Source: a phage. Taken from it: a DNA stretch of 64,000 bases. The position numbers were made by a program, and so were the translations under genes. The DNA lies in assembly GCA_026066175.1 (NCBI GenBank), contig GCA_026066175.1_4721.1. One strand, written 5' to 3'. Under the pieces are notes generated by a model. The model was not told where the DNA came from, did not search any database, and saw only the letters and a list, made by a program, of their open reading frames with translations. Of the stretch, positions 9,535 through 19,089 are shown piece after piece; position 1 is the first letter of the stretch; every line of letters starts with the position of its first letter.

Positions 9535-10629
9535 ATGTTTCGTGTTTTAAATAACCTCCCGCGAACATCATCGGGTGTGCAACCCATCCCTCAGAAAGAC
9601 TACCTAATACGCGAAGTTCAAAGAAACCTACAGACAATCCAGAACCACTATCAAGGTTTTACCTTCGCGGTTCAGAGCGATCACATCCTTGCATTGCTGC
9701 TCGCACAGCTCCCTATGAGATACGACATCTCAGTACAAACTTACTACGACATGATCGCTGACCTTACACCAGAATTGGGGAATCGCGTTAAGCTAACAAC
9801 AGCGCGATACGCGGGTAAGTTATTTAACGGTGCGTTCTATCCAGGATTGCATGAAGCGATCATCGCAACCAGCGAAAGCCGTCTTATATCGCGTGACGTT
9901 CTCGATAACTGGCGTAACTGGTCTCCGGTCAGAATCGTGACACACCCCTACGCGAATCTTCGTTATATCCCTCTGCATCAAAAGCCGGTTGAAGAAGGAC
10001 GGGGTTTTGCAGTTATCATGATCGATGTTCCTTTATTAGCATTGCAGTATCGCATGTGGTCATTGGTCATGGGTCACAACGTCGATGGTAAATGGGTGGT
10101 TAAAGAACCCGTTACAAGTTTCATTGCCAGTTTTCCTTTGGTCAATGCGTTATATACACACAACGACGTGGCTATCCGCAATCGTTGCTTATGGGTACCT
10201 CCGGCTAAGAATCCGCTCAAGTCACCGATTTACGTCAACGATCTGGATAACGTTTTCAGTCAAGTGGTGCTGACCGTCCAACATCAGCTATTACGAAGAA
10301 AACGTAGTTACACCGACATGTTGAAACAGATACCGAGTTTATACGAGGATCAATTTCAAGCAACACGCATGGGTTACACGATCGATCTTCGACAAACACG
10401 GTGGGCAAGGGATCTCGGATGTTTGTCTTTATGGCAACAGCTTGTTACCTTGCAAAACGTTTCAGAAAGCGTCGGCTTCAGTAGTCAAACCGATAACGAC
10501 TTATATCGTGCAGCCGATCGAAGTCTAAAAGAAGGGAACTGGGAATCGTCTCCTTTACCCGGTGATCTACGACGTGAGGTTACCGCACAGGTTGCTGATC
10601 TTTTAAAAATTCTTCCCGCTGGTGTATAA
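9535..10629 (+). CDS. hypothetical protein
   Basis: 364-aa ORF with GGAG SD; diverges from the 632-aa gene across a 238-bp intergenic region. Confidence 0.55.
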   Translation: MFRVLNNLPRTSSGVQPIPQKDYLIREVQRNLQTIQNHYQGFTFAVQSDHILALLLAQLPMRYDISVQTYYDMIADLTPELGNRVKLTTARYAGKLFNGAFYPGLHEAIIATSESRLISRDVLDNWRNWSPVRIVTHPYANLRYIPLHQKPVEEGRGFAVIMIDVPLLALQYRMWSLVMGHNVDGKWVVKEPVTSFIASFPLVNALYTHNDVAIRNRCLWVPPAKNPLKSPIYVNDLDNVFSQVVLTVQHQLLRRKRSYTDMLKQIPSLYEDQFQATRMGYTIDLRQTRWARDLGCLSLWQQLVTLQNVSESVGFSSQTDNDLYRAADRSLKEGNWESSPLPGDLRREVTAQVADLLKILPAGV

Positions 10630-10631
10630 TC

Positions 10632-10663
10632 CCCTCCTCCTTCCCTGATGGGTTGGAGGAGGG
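10632..10663. terminator. bidirectional terminator hairpin between convergent genes
   Basis: 9-bp stem CCCTCCTCC / GGAGGAGGG with a 14-nt loop; near-identical to the hairpin at 60128-60160. Confidence 0.5.
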
Positions 10664-10668
10664 TTATG

Positions 10669-12822
10669 TTACTCTGCGGTTTCTTTTTTCGGTTGGTAGC
10701 TTGCAGCGATATCTTGGGCTAACAGTGTGTTGTTTTTATTCGAAATGAAAATACCGTAACTTTCCATTAATGCGTAATACGAGCGAACGAGTGTAGAAAT
10801 CAATCGACGAATATCCATACCTTGGATGAAAATATCGGGAAGCCCAGAGGCTTCGATCACCGGTAATGGTATCGTTAAATTGCTTATCGTTTTCTTATCG
10901 TTACGTACAATCCAATCACGGAAACGTTGTTGTAACCCTTTATCCTCCCAGGAATCAATCCAATCATTAAGAAGCGTTTTGTTCTTCGTTGCCAATGGTA
11001 CACGAACCCCAACATAAGGCGGTTCAGGGCAATGGCCGTACGATTGCGCAAACACCTCTTCCCACATGTCGTACGACTGCTTGGTAACCGCAACATGGGG
11101 TTTTACTTTAACGCGTGTTAAGAAATCAGGATCGCCGCGTTTCATCGATTCCACGATTTCGTTTTCTAACGCGATGATATCATCAAGTACCAATCTGATA
11201 CTGATCTTCTCGTTACGTAACAGTTTATCCATGATACCGCACATCATGCGCTCAACACGTTGTACGATCATTTTTGGTGCTGATGCGTCACGCATAACGG
11301 GACCTTTCAATTCCAGTTTCGGCGGATTGATTGGAACCCCTTCACGCATGGTCATGTAACCGTAATAGTTTTTACCCATTGAAGTCAACGACAGAATCAA
11401 GAACATATACTCGTTCTTCATTTCCATCACGTACATATGCTCTTTCGCGACGCCGATATTACCCGAACACATTGCCATCAGATGAACCGTAATCTGCGTA
11501 ACCAGGTAGATAAGCGTATTCGCTAAGCGCGTTGAAATCGGATTGATCTCCATGTTGCCAAACCGCCACTGAACCCACTCCTGACAGGTAAATACCGTTG
11601 AGTCGGTATCAGACAACACACCCACTTCACGGATGGCTGACGGAAACGCATAAACACCAGCGGGTTGGTTCTCGGTACGCCAGAACGCCATAATCAGGTC
11701 AGCGTAACTCTGGATACGCTGCAACATTAACTTTGTCGTGGCTGCGGTGAGACGATAACCCAGTTCGTTGCCTTTTTCTAACGCAACGTAAATCGCTTCA
11801 CCATTTAAGAACTCGGTACACTGTGCTGTAATCCAGGCAACCGTGTTATTATCCATGGATGCAATAATGGCTTTCGCCTCTTCCATCGTTTCAACAGGTT
11901 CGGTGGCCAATTCACATAACGAATCAAGGAACCCACGAACAAACTCAGGGTTCAGTTCGCGTAACGAATACAAGTTGTTGCTATACATGTAACAAGCACG
12001 TTCCAACGGCGTTAAGCCGTTAATCAACTCCTGAATGACCAGTTCTTTTTCCGGGTCGAAAATATAGCGATGCAGGCATTTTGATACATTAGCCCAAACC
12101 TCTTCCGGTGTCGGGTAATGTAGCTGGTATTTTACCATCACCTGCTCAATGGCTTTACGGTCGCTGTTACGGACAATGCTTACGATATTTTCAATCGCGA
12201 TATCACAATCGTAATAATGAAAATTACCTGCCAGGAACCGTTCGTTATTCGCATTCGCTGAACCGGAAGCGCATCGGCATGTCGTGGTTAAACTCGGGTG
12301 TGCGATCGGGTTATAAAAAGGATTGAATTTAGATGCCTGTGTTCCCGACAAACTGTTGTTGTCTAACTTGGTATTGGTCTGTCGTTTATCATGCAGTTCC
12401 GCTTCGTCTTTACGTCCATGCGCTTGTGCAATAGACATCTGTTTCTTTTGTTTCTTACGCAGCTTACCGTTTTCAACCGCAAAGTCGCTTAACACGCTGG
12501 AACGTGTTTCACGTGGATAACAGTTCGCCCATACCGGGGTAATGATTAAATTATTTTCTTTGATATCGTTGATATACTGACTGAACTTAATAAGTTCTTT
12601 TTCGCGGTTCCCTTCTGTACGTTGTGTTAAAACAAGACAGTCGGGATCGACCATCCCATGTGCACCACCTGGCTTGATGGTATCAAGTACGAACCGTAAT
12701 GCTTCTTGTTGAGAAATACCACGCATGCGCATTAAGAACAGGGTATAATCCTGCACCGCTTCTTTGGTCATATCCAACGTACGACCGTATCCGTTTTCGT
12801 CGTAAAAGAACGGATTTTCCAT
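10669..12822 (-). CDS. large hypothetical protein with polymerase-like motifs (possible divergent family-B-type DNA polymerase domain)
   Basis: 717-aa ORF, GGAGG SD. Motifs in family-B order: YSNNLYSL (motif A-like), KLMLQRIQSYA (motif B-like), VLSDTDSTVF (YGDTDS-like motif C), GKNYY (KxY-like). Weak; no Walker motif. Confidence 0.35.
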   Translation of the reverse strand: MENPFFYDENGYGRTLDMTKEAVQDYTLFLMRMRGISQQEALRFVLDTIKPGGAHGMVDPDCLVLTQRTEGNREKELIKFSQYINDIKENNLIITPVWANCYPRETRSSVLSDFAVENGKLRKKQKKQMSIAQAHGRKDEAELHDKRQTNTKLDNNSLSGTQASKFNPFYNPIAHPSLTTTCRCASGSANANNERFLAGNFHYYDCDIAIENIVSIVRNSDRKAIEQVMVKYQLHYPTPEEVWANVSKCLHRYIFDPEKELVIQELINGLTPLERACYMYSNNLYSLRELNPEFVRGFLDSLCELATEPVETMEEAKAIIASMDNNTVAWITAQCTEFLNGEAIYVALEKGNELGYRLTAATTKLMLQRIQSYADLIMAFWRTENQPAGVYAFPSAIREVGVLSDTDSTVFTCQEWVQWRFGNMEINPISTRLANTLIYLVTQITVHLMAMCSGNIGVAKEHMYVMEMKNEYMFLILSLTSMGKNYYGYMTMREGVPINPPKLELKGPVMRDASAPKMIVQRVERMMCGIMDKLLRNEKISIRLVLDDIIALENEIVESMKRGDPDFLTRVKVKPHVAVTKQSYDMWEEVFAQSYGHCPEPPYVGVRVPLATKNKTLLNDWIDSWEDKGLQQRFRDWIVRNDKKTISNLTIPLPVIEASGLPDIFIQGMDIRRLISTLVRSYYALMESYGIFISNKNNTLLAQDIAASYQPKKETAE

Positions 12823-12882
12823 AAACCCTCCAAAAGTCGTGTAGCCTATCTACATCATCTCGTATATCTGTTAAAAAAGAAA

Positions 12883-12925
12883 GACGGCATAAAAAAGAAC
12901 CGATCCAGCCGAAGCCAGATCGGTT
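12883..12925 (-). terminator. rho-independent terminator plus conserved TTTATGCCGTC motif
   Basis: Minus strand reads AACCGATCTGGCTTCGGCTGGATCGGTT hairpin (8-bp stem), then CTTTTTTATGCCGTCTTTCTTTTTT, about 65 nt upstream of ATG 12822. Confidence 0.55.
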
Positions 12926-13131
12926 GAAAGGATATTAATAACAGGGAAATGAAAGTGTGACTGAAAGATATCGATGATGTTCGTGAAATAAGATCTCTCG
13001 TATACAGTGATGCCAGATCAGAGGGAGGTTGTAAACGAGAGACGGTTCACTAAAGGAGTAACAAACGCGAACCTATCTTATTTCACCGATGGCGCTAACC
13101 ACTCAAAATATATAGTGCTGTATGTAAAAGT

Positions 13132-13545
13132 TTACTGATTAATCAAGTCGTTAGCAACGATCTTGGTGTAGCCTGCTTGATTAAGAATCTGATTAATTTT
13201 TGTTACATCTGTCGCATCATCAATAACGATGCTGGGTTTATAAATCAACGTCTTGGTAACAACGATCGTACTCTCCTTAATCCAGGGAATCCCTAGGATC
13301 ACATACTCGCCATCAGCGGTGATGACCTCAACGTAGTTATATTTCGTTGGATCATTCGGAACGCTAGACGGAAGCCGGGAATAGATCTGCTGATGGATAG
13401 CGTCAACATCACGGCCGTTACGTACAGCGGTACGGTAGTTGTATACCGCACTAATTTCCACTCCGTTGAAGTTAACCCCAAGTTCTGAGGCGTACACATC
13501 AAAACTCACAACAGAGCCAATCTTTTCTAAATCAGAAGCTGGCAT
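13132..13545 (-). CDS. hypothetical protein
   Basis: 137-aa ORF at the head of a run of small, tightly packed minus-strand genes. Confidence 0.45.
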   Translation of the reverse strand: MPASDLEKIGSVVSFDVYASELGVNFNGVEISAVYNYRTAVRNGRDVDAIHQQIYSRLPSSVPNDPTKYNYVEVITADGEYVILGIPWIKESTIVVTKTLIYKPSIVIDDATDVTKINQILNQAGYTKIVANDLINQ

Positions 13546-13556
13546 AATAGCATCCT

Positions 13557-13955
13557 TTATTCAAAAATGTATTCGTATCCGAACGTTGTCGCTGACCAAA
13601 CTCGGATAGATGATAATGTTCCGCCACGATAAAACGTTTTTGTAAATTCCATATCCTGGACAACACGATAATAAACACGTGCGATGATACGTACAACGAG
13701 ATTTCGTGATAACGATCTCTCTTCGCAGTATTCGTCGATAAAGTCATCGTCGATATCCGATAAGACAACATCTGCGATTTCTTGCAGGAGATTCCTCATC
13801 AGCATCTGCTTTCCTTCGATACCCCATCCCGACAAACAGTAATCGTCTTCTGCCTGACTGTAGATGTCATAGACCGCCTGTTCAAGCAGTTGCTCAAGAT
13901 AGTGATCATCGCGTTTTATAACATGGCGACGGCGCTCAGAGGCGTATTTTTCCAT
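13557..13955 (-). CDS. hypothetical protein
   Basis: 132-aa ORF; short overlap with the upstream gene. Confidence 0.45.
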   Translation of the reverse strand: MEKYASERRRHVIKRDDHYLEQLLEQAVYDIYSQAEDDYCLSGWGIEGKQMLMRNLLQEIADVVLSDIDDDFIDEYCEERSLSRNLVVRIIARVYYRVVQDMEFTKTFYRGGTLSSIRVWSATTFGYEYIFE

Positions 13956-14398
13956 CCTGTGTTTCTCTTGTTAGGCGTATGTATTAACGACGCCACCGTC
14001 TTTTCTGGATCATCCCATAATGCGCGACGAAAACTGGACACCACCATAACGGTAGGATAGATCTGTACAACCTCCCAACCGTAACGATGTGCATTCGTCG
14101 TGCGCCCAACATTGAACAAACACAATTGATTCAAGAAACAGAGCTGCATCTTCGTAAACAATAGCGTGTCTTCACGTTTCACGTAACCGAGGATATAGGC
14201 GTTCTCGAACGCTTCACGTGCTAAGACAGGACGGTTAAGATAACGTAGCGACAACACCAACAACGCGGTGATACGCAACGGATCTTCGGGTCCTTTTAAA
14301 TCATTCAGCTCATTCTGCAACCAATCCGGAATCGCCACCGTTAGGCGATAGGTGTCTGTTCCACGATCAACCACATTTAATGTTGAAAAAGGCAACAT
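13916..14398 (-). CDS. hypothetical protein
   Basis: 160-aa ORF; short overlap with neighbours. Confidence 0.45.
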   Translation of the reverse strand: MLPFSTLNVVDRGTDTYRLTVAIPDWLQNELNDLKGPEDPLRITALLVLSLRYLNRPVLAREAFENAYILGYVKREDTLLFTKMQLCFLNQLCLFNVGRTTNAHRYGWEVVQIYPTVMVVSSFRRALWDDPEKTVASLIHTPNKRNTGWKNTPLSAVAML

Positions 14399-14879
14399 AC
14401 CCGTGAATTCCTTCTAACTCGAGGTCGTTCTCGTCGGTTTTCGGTAAAAGTCCGTTAGCTGTCAGCATCCTTGTCATCGCGCCATCGAAGCACGGGAAGA
14501 TAAGGTTAATAGTTTCATTAATCGCATCAACGTAGCTATACACCGCTTCGAAGTAATCGCCGTCATGATCGATACTCACCAGATCCTGGCATAGGTCTTC
14601 AGCAATCGTTTCATATACCGGCGGATACCACGAATGAAACGGTCGCTGCATACGTAACGACCAATACTCATACGTCGTATACTGAAGCACGTCATAGGCT
14701 GATACGTTAATGCGGTCAAAGAAAGCATACGTGTCCATGTGTTGGTACAACATCGCCAACACGGTTTCCAAACACACAGCTATCCGCACGCCATCATCTT
14801 TCCCGTTAAGGAAATTCGGTTTCTGCCGGTAACGCACGAATGCCGATGGCCTTGATTGTACTATTCCACCACCAACCAT
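14367..14879 (-). CDS. hypothetical protein (start trimmed to internal ATG)
   Basis: N-terminal 37 codons of tracked ORF 14367..14990 overlap the upstream gene and look non-protein-like; start moved to M38. Confidence 0.4.
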   Translation of the reverse strand: MVGGGIVQSRPSAFVRYRQKPNFLNGKDDGVRIAVCLETVLAMLYQHMDTYAFFDRINVSAYDVLQYTTYEYWSLRMQRPFHSWYPPVYETIAEDLCQDLVSIDHDGDYFEAVYSYVDAINETINLIFPCFDGAMTRMLTANGLLPKTDENDLELEGIHGYVAFFNIKCG

Positions 14880-15346
14880 AATGTCATACTCGTATCTAAC
14901 GTGAAATTGAAATGCCACCAATCTTCCACGCGTGGAATCCAGGTGCGGAGGATCTGATGAACCTCGCTTCGCATCACGGACAACCGACAACGGAAATCAA
15001 ACTTCTCATCACGACCATAGTCTTCATGCAGGAAAACCTCATCCAAAACAAACTCAAGTTGTGTATCGACATCACGACCCGAGATATTTCGTTTGTACAG
15101 ATACAGTTCGATCGTGTCATAAAGCAACGTATGGATATCGTAATTGCCATTCGGTGAGAAATAAGGTAAGCGTTCATCGAACATCAAAAACAGATATTCA
15201 CTGTAGTTTAAGAACGGGATGATGTACCGACGTCCTGTCTGTGGTGCGCGAATATGTATCGAAACCTGACCTGGACGCGGAATCGCCGACGGTTTAGCAT
15301 CGTCTCTCTGAAATTGCTCTAAAGATCGCAACAAAGGTGGCCGCAT
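14861..15346 (-). CDS. hypothetical protein (start uncertain)
   Basis: Tracked ORF 14861..15418; start trimmed to M25 to limit overlap with the upstream ORF. Confidence 0.35.
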   Translation of the reverse strand: MRPPLLRSLEQFQRDDAKPSAIPRPGQVSIHIRAPQTGRRYIIPFLNYSEYLFLMFDERLPYFSPNGNYDIHTLLYDTIELYLYKRNISGRDVDTQLEFVLDEVFLHEDYGRDEKFDFRCRLSVMRSEVHQILRTWIPRVEDWWHFNFTLDTSMTLWLVVE

Positions 15347-15725
15347 TGTAACTCTCCAACGCCCAATTGTAAGGCCCTTCCAACATGTGTTCCCATACGT
15401 GAATAAACTCACTACCAAAAACCGGTTCTAACGTCATCGTAAGATGCGTAAGTTCAGAAGCTGCAGCGTGATACGCGTCCACGTGTCTTTCCATCGAAGG
15501 TTCGTCTTCGTTGAAAATACGCTCGGTATCACCAGCACGTTCAATAAGTTCGGTAATGAGATCGATCCAAGTTTCGTGGCATGTCAGTGTTTCCTGTTCT
15601 CGACTTTGTATGCCGATGTCTGCGTGTACGCTGGACTCGAACCGGTCGAAAAGGACCCGAAGAACGTGCACCTTGTCGATGTATTTCACCGTTATCCAGG
15701 AAAGCGGTTGCCATCGACTCAACAT
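15294..15725 (-). CDS. hypothetical protein (start uncertain; long overlap with 15541..16518)
   Basis: Tracked ORF 15294..15923; the first ~60 codons are N/P-rich and look like out-of-frame translation. No convincing SD for any candidate ATG. Confidence 0.3.
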   Translation of the reverse strand: MLSRWQPLSWITVKYIDKVHVLRVLFDRFESSVHADIGIQSREQETLTCHETWIDLITELIERAGDTERIFNEDEPSMERHVDAYHAAASELTHLTMTLEPVFGSEFIHVWEHMLEGPYNWALESYNAATFVAIFRAISERRC

Positions 15726-16518
15726 CCATCCGGTGCTCGGGAACCCCAAACTCATATAGTACGGGTTGCACGGGGCCAAGGACGGAACGGCGTTGTTTGT
15801 AGCGTTCCTTAACGGCGAGGCCTTGTTTGACATAAATGGGTTCATTGGCGAGTTCTGCGGCTTTTCGTTTTGCGTGGGCCAATCGAAGTTCTTCCAATTG
15901 TCCAAGCCATTCAAATTGTTCATCTGTTAGCTCCTGGGGACGTTCAACAACCACGCCCGATGGGCAGACATTGATCGTAATGTTAATTGATGGCATCGCC
16001 ATCACTCGAGGATTACTATTACGTACACGGATAACATGTTCGGTTGCTGATTTACGATCAACGCAATATTCTGTCTCCTGAAACTCAAATGCTTTTAACG
16101 GTGCTGGTTTTGTTTGACGTTTTGGAACACGGCCAAGATCAACAATATAGGCATAATCGCACACACGTTCTATTCCGTAAATACGGTTATCCGACCAATT
16201 CTTACCAAACAGCTTGTTGTGATGATAAGACAAATATTCGGTTACCATACCCTGGACAACATCGAAGTCTTCTCGAAATTCAGGTTGGTACCAAATCGGG
16301 CCGAGAATATCTGCGAACGATTCATGACGATAGCGGCAATCATGCCGTGTCCAGGTCATCCTCTGATTAAGATCGAAATCAACCAGCAACTCAGTTAATT
16401 GCAGTTTTGCCTTCGGAGAAAGCTGGCGTTGATGATGCAAACTCAGGCAATCGATAAGCGGTAACGAAACCCACGACGCTAACGTATACAAATCGATCCT
16501 GGCTAATCTCTTGGTCAT
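15541..16518 (-). CDS. hypothetical protein (C-terminal ~40 aa Arg-rich, possibly read-through or frameshift)
   Basis: 325-aa ORF; protein-like to about residue 285, then an Arg-rich tail that overlaps the next ORF in another frame. Confidence 0.4.
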   Translation of the reverse strand: MTKRLARIDLYTLASWVSLPLIDCLSLHHQRQLSPKAKLQLTELLVDFDLNQRMTWTRHDCRYRHESFADILGPIWYQPEFREDFDVVQGMVTEYLSYHHNKLFGKNWSDNRIYGIERVCDYAYIVDLGRVPKRQTKPAPLKAFEFQETEYCVDRKSATEHVIRVRNSNPRVMAMPSINITINVCPSGVVVERPQELTDEQFEWLGQLEELRLAHAKRKAAELANEPIYVKQGLAVKERYKQRRSVLGPVQPVLYEFGVPEHRMDVESMATAFLDNGEIHRQGARSSGPFRPVRVQRTRRHRHTKSRTGNTDMPRNLDRSHYRTY

Positions 16519-16609
16519 ACTCTTTTCCTAAGTCCCCATTGTTTATACACACGATATCTGGGAATAGTTAAAATATACGGCGTAAAACGAAACAGGAGAG
16601 TTTCTCGCG

Positions 16610-16930
16610 TTATTTTCTTCCTCTTTTGATACAACCGATACCCCTCTCATTTAAAGCCTCCCAGGCGCGGTTTATTTCATCTTCGGTTGCTCGCGTATCT
16701 CGCGGAACCACCATCACGCAGTCTTCTATCGGCCAATGCGTAGGACGAGGAGCAGCAAATAAATCGTCCCATTCAAACGTCCATTTCTTCTTCGAACGGT
16801 TATAGTAAAGTGTGAGGTACGTACGCGTATACGCTGGGTAGCCTTGTAACACGGCGAAGTCTTTTCGATCTTGATGTGCTTGATTCCATTCGTTAAAACG
16901 GTTTCTTATTCTTGTCCACCATTTTCCCAT
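16610..16930 (-). CDS. hypothetical protein
   Basis: 106-aa ORF. Confidence 0.45.
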   Translation of the reverse strand: MGKWWTRIRNRFNEWNQAHQDRKDFAVLQGYPAYTRTYLTLYYNRSKKKWTFEWDDLFAAPRPTHWPIEDCVMVVPRDTRATEDEINRAWEALNERGIGCIKRGRK

Positions 16931-16987
16931 AAACTCTCCTACACGGCATAAAAGCCTGCCCCGAAGGACAGGCTCATCATGATACTT

Positions 16988-17185
16988 TTAACCTTCCATC
17001 TTCAATGAGGGATGGTTGACGATATGTGCATGTTTGGTTGGGTCATACGACTGATAAGGGAAATAGCCATGCCATTGACGGCCTTGACATTTCGTACACA
17101 GGAACTGACCATCACGGCGTTGATGCTCGTATGCCAATTCAGTGCTATCAACGTGACCGCAACGTTCGCAGATAAACAGCGACAT
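16988..17185 (-). CDS. small zinc-ribbon protein
   Basis: 65 aa with CERCGH...CTKCQG (two CxxC pairs); sits immediately downstream of the tubulin-like gene. Confidence 0.45.
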   Translation of the reverse strand: MSLFICERCGHVDSTELAYEHQRRDGQFLCTKCQGRQWHGYFPYQSYDPTKHAHIVNHPSLKMEG

Positions 17186-17201
17186 AGCGCATCTCCATGA
17201 A

Positions 17202-18182
17202 TTAGAAAAGCAAGAAACCGCTGTTCTTCGCTTCCGCTACGGTTTCATCACCCACCTTCGGTGCTTGTTGACGTGCGTTACGATGTTCAACAAAACGTTT
17301 TGCTTCGTCCGCGATTTGTTTGATAATACCCCCTAAACGATCGGTGCTTAATACGAACGATGTCGCTTCACGAATCGGGCTGCTTTCCGGCACAAAACCA
17401 TCACAGCTATAAATAGCATTAACACCCATGACTTTTGTTGCATCTTTCGGATACAACGTACAGAAAGCAATCGGGCTATCATGCTCTTTGGTCCACTCGT
17501 ATCCCATGAACGTGTTCAATTCGGTGATGGTCGGTTCCAAACCGGTAACACGAGGATGGTTTAAGAAGTTCTCCAGATCAGCGCTATCCAAGCGACGGTT
17601 CTCACCAGAGAACAACACACAGAGTTGGCTGATAACGATCTGGACATCCAGGTTAACGTCTTGCTCCGATTTCCCGTTTTCGCCATTCATGTGGTAGCTG
17701 ACAATCACAGGACGTTTCAACCCTTCTGCGGCTGCCATCAGTCCTTTGAACGTACGGTCAGCATTGATGGTCTGACGTTCATCGTCGAAGGAGGCAACGA
17801 TACAACAGACGACACGCTCACCGCGTTCCAGCAGGTTAGCGACCAGCGCAGGGCCTGCAACGGAACCCGAACCACCGCTTAAGCTGAAGACGACGATGTT
17901 GAATTTACCTGGCGTATGCTTATTAAGAATACCTGGGATTTGTGAGCAGATCAGTTCAGCATTCTCATCGCGTTTCTTACCGGAACCATCAAGCTCGCGG
18001 CCTGCTGCATCTTTAAAGATGTAAATGTGATCATCGTCCAGTGCGCTATCACGTAGGTTAGCACGGCTGGTATCAACATACGTCATGCTGTGTAATCCTT
18101 TCGCGACTTCGCCTTCAAATGCTGAGCCGATTTCGCCGCCACAACCACCAACCGCCCAAATATGTACTTGGTTCTCTTGCAT
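17202..18182 (-). CDS. phuZ: phage tubulin/FtsZ-like GTPase (PhuZ-like)
   Basis: 326 aa. N-terminal IWAVGGCGGEIG (tubulin/FtsZ T1 loop, cf. GVGGGGGNA) and FSLSGGSGSVAGP (tubulin signature GGGTGSG equivalent). Size typical of jumbo-phage PhuZ. Confidence 0.75.
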   Translation of the reverse strand: MQENQVHIWAVGGCGGEIGSAFEGEVAKGLHSMTYVDTSRANLRDSALDDDHIYIFKDAAGRELDGSGKKRDENAELICSQIPGILNKHTPGKFNIVVFSLSGGSGSVAGPALVANLLERGERVVCCIVASFDDERQTINADRTFKGLMAAAEGLKRPVIVSYHMNGENGKSEQDVNLDVQIVISQLCVLFSGENRRLDSADLENFLNHPRVTGLEPTITELNTFMGYEWTKEHDSPIAFCTLYPKDATKVMGVNAIYSCDGFVPESSPIREATSFVLSTDRLGGIIKQIADEAKRFVEHRNARQQAPKVGDETVAEAKNSGFLLF

Positions 18183-18246
18183 GTGAACTCCTAACTTGAT
18201 ATGTATTTAACGCACAATGAATCTTTCTTTACTAAAGGGGTGACCC

Positions 18247-19089
18247 ATGGGTGCTATTGACTACAGTGTCGATCGTATCTGCCGTACAATACCGGCAGAT
18301 ATTCTACAGTATTGCTATATCGATCGTTACGATTGGCGTAACCGCTATCCGCGTTCCGTTGAAGATATCATTACCGATTGGGTAATCCGTAAACGGGTTA
18401 TCGGAGACATCGATATCTACGGGGGGCTACAGACCGTTATTCCTCTTGATGATGCAGGCGTTACGATTGAAGAAGTCACCATTAACTGTTATGTTTTCCA
18501 TATTCCGCTGGAAGCGACACAAGGACGTTATATCACGTCAGCCTTGTCGATTATCTCTGGGAGCGTGAATAACTACGGAATCAACTATAACGGTCAATGG
18601 GGGGCGTTCAACCAAACCCAGTTCCAACGACAGCTTTGCGGATGGAACCCCGCAAGCAACGCATTGCAACAAGGGATGAATGCATTCGGTCCGGTGAACA
18701 TCCTCAGTACTGCTAACGTTGACATCATCGCACCTAACACCATCATGGTGAACAACGTCACACCGGTTCAATTCCCGTTGAGCTTACGCTGTTTCCTTGC
18801 CCATGATCCAGAACTAACCAACCTCAGCATGGAAGTCTGGAACGACTTTTACAAGCTCTGTTTATACGCCACACAAAGTGACATCTATAACAGAACCGTT
18901 ATTCGTCTCGATCGTGGTGTTACCGCACAAGGTCAAGAAGTCGGTGCATTCAAGGAATACATCGATCGCTTCGCTGATGCGGAAAACACCTACCAGGAAT
19001 TCCTGAACGAGACGTGGGCAGGCGTTGCTGCATGGAACGACCCACAAACGAAACGTCGGGCAATACGTCTGCAAACCGGTTACTTCTGA
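18247..19089 (+). CDS. hypothetical protein
   Basis: 280-aa ORF, AAAGGGG SD; lone plus-strand gene followed by a hairpin at about 19099-19128. Confidence 0.5.
   Translation: MGAIDYSVDRICRTIPADILQYCYIDRYDWRNRYPRSVEDIITDWVIRKRVIGDIDIYGGLQTVIPLDDAGVTIEEVTINCYVFHIPLEATQGRYITSALSIISGSVNNYGINYNGQWGAFNQTQFQRQLCGWNPASNALQQGMNAFGPVNILSTANVDIIAPNTIMVNNVTPVQFPLSLRCFLAHDPELTNLSMEVWNDFYKLCLYATQSDIYNRTVIRLDRGVTAQGQEVGAFKEYIDRFADAENTYQEFLNETWAGVAAWNDPQTKRRAIRLQTGYF

Noticed and set aside
12823-13131. tRNA or other structured RNA in the 309-bp intergenic region (and in other intergenic gaps)
   Set aside because: No cloverleaf-like arrangement or T-loop GTTCGAATC-type motif found; the region is explained by the terminator hairpin and promoter-like motif.
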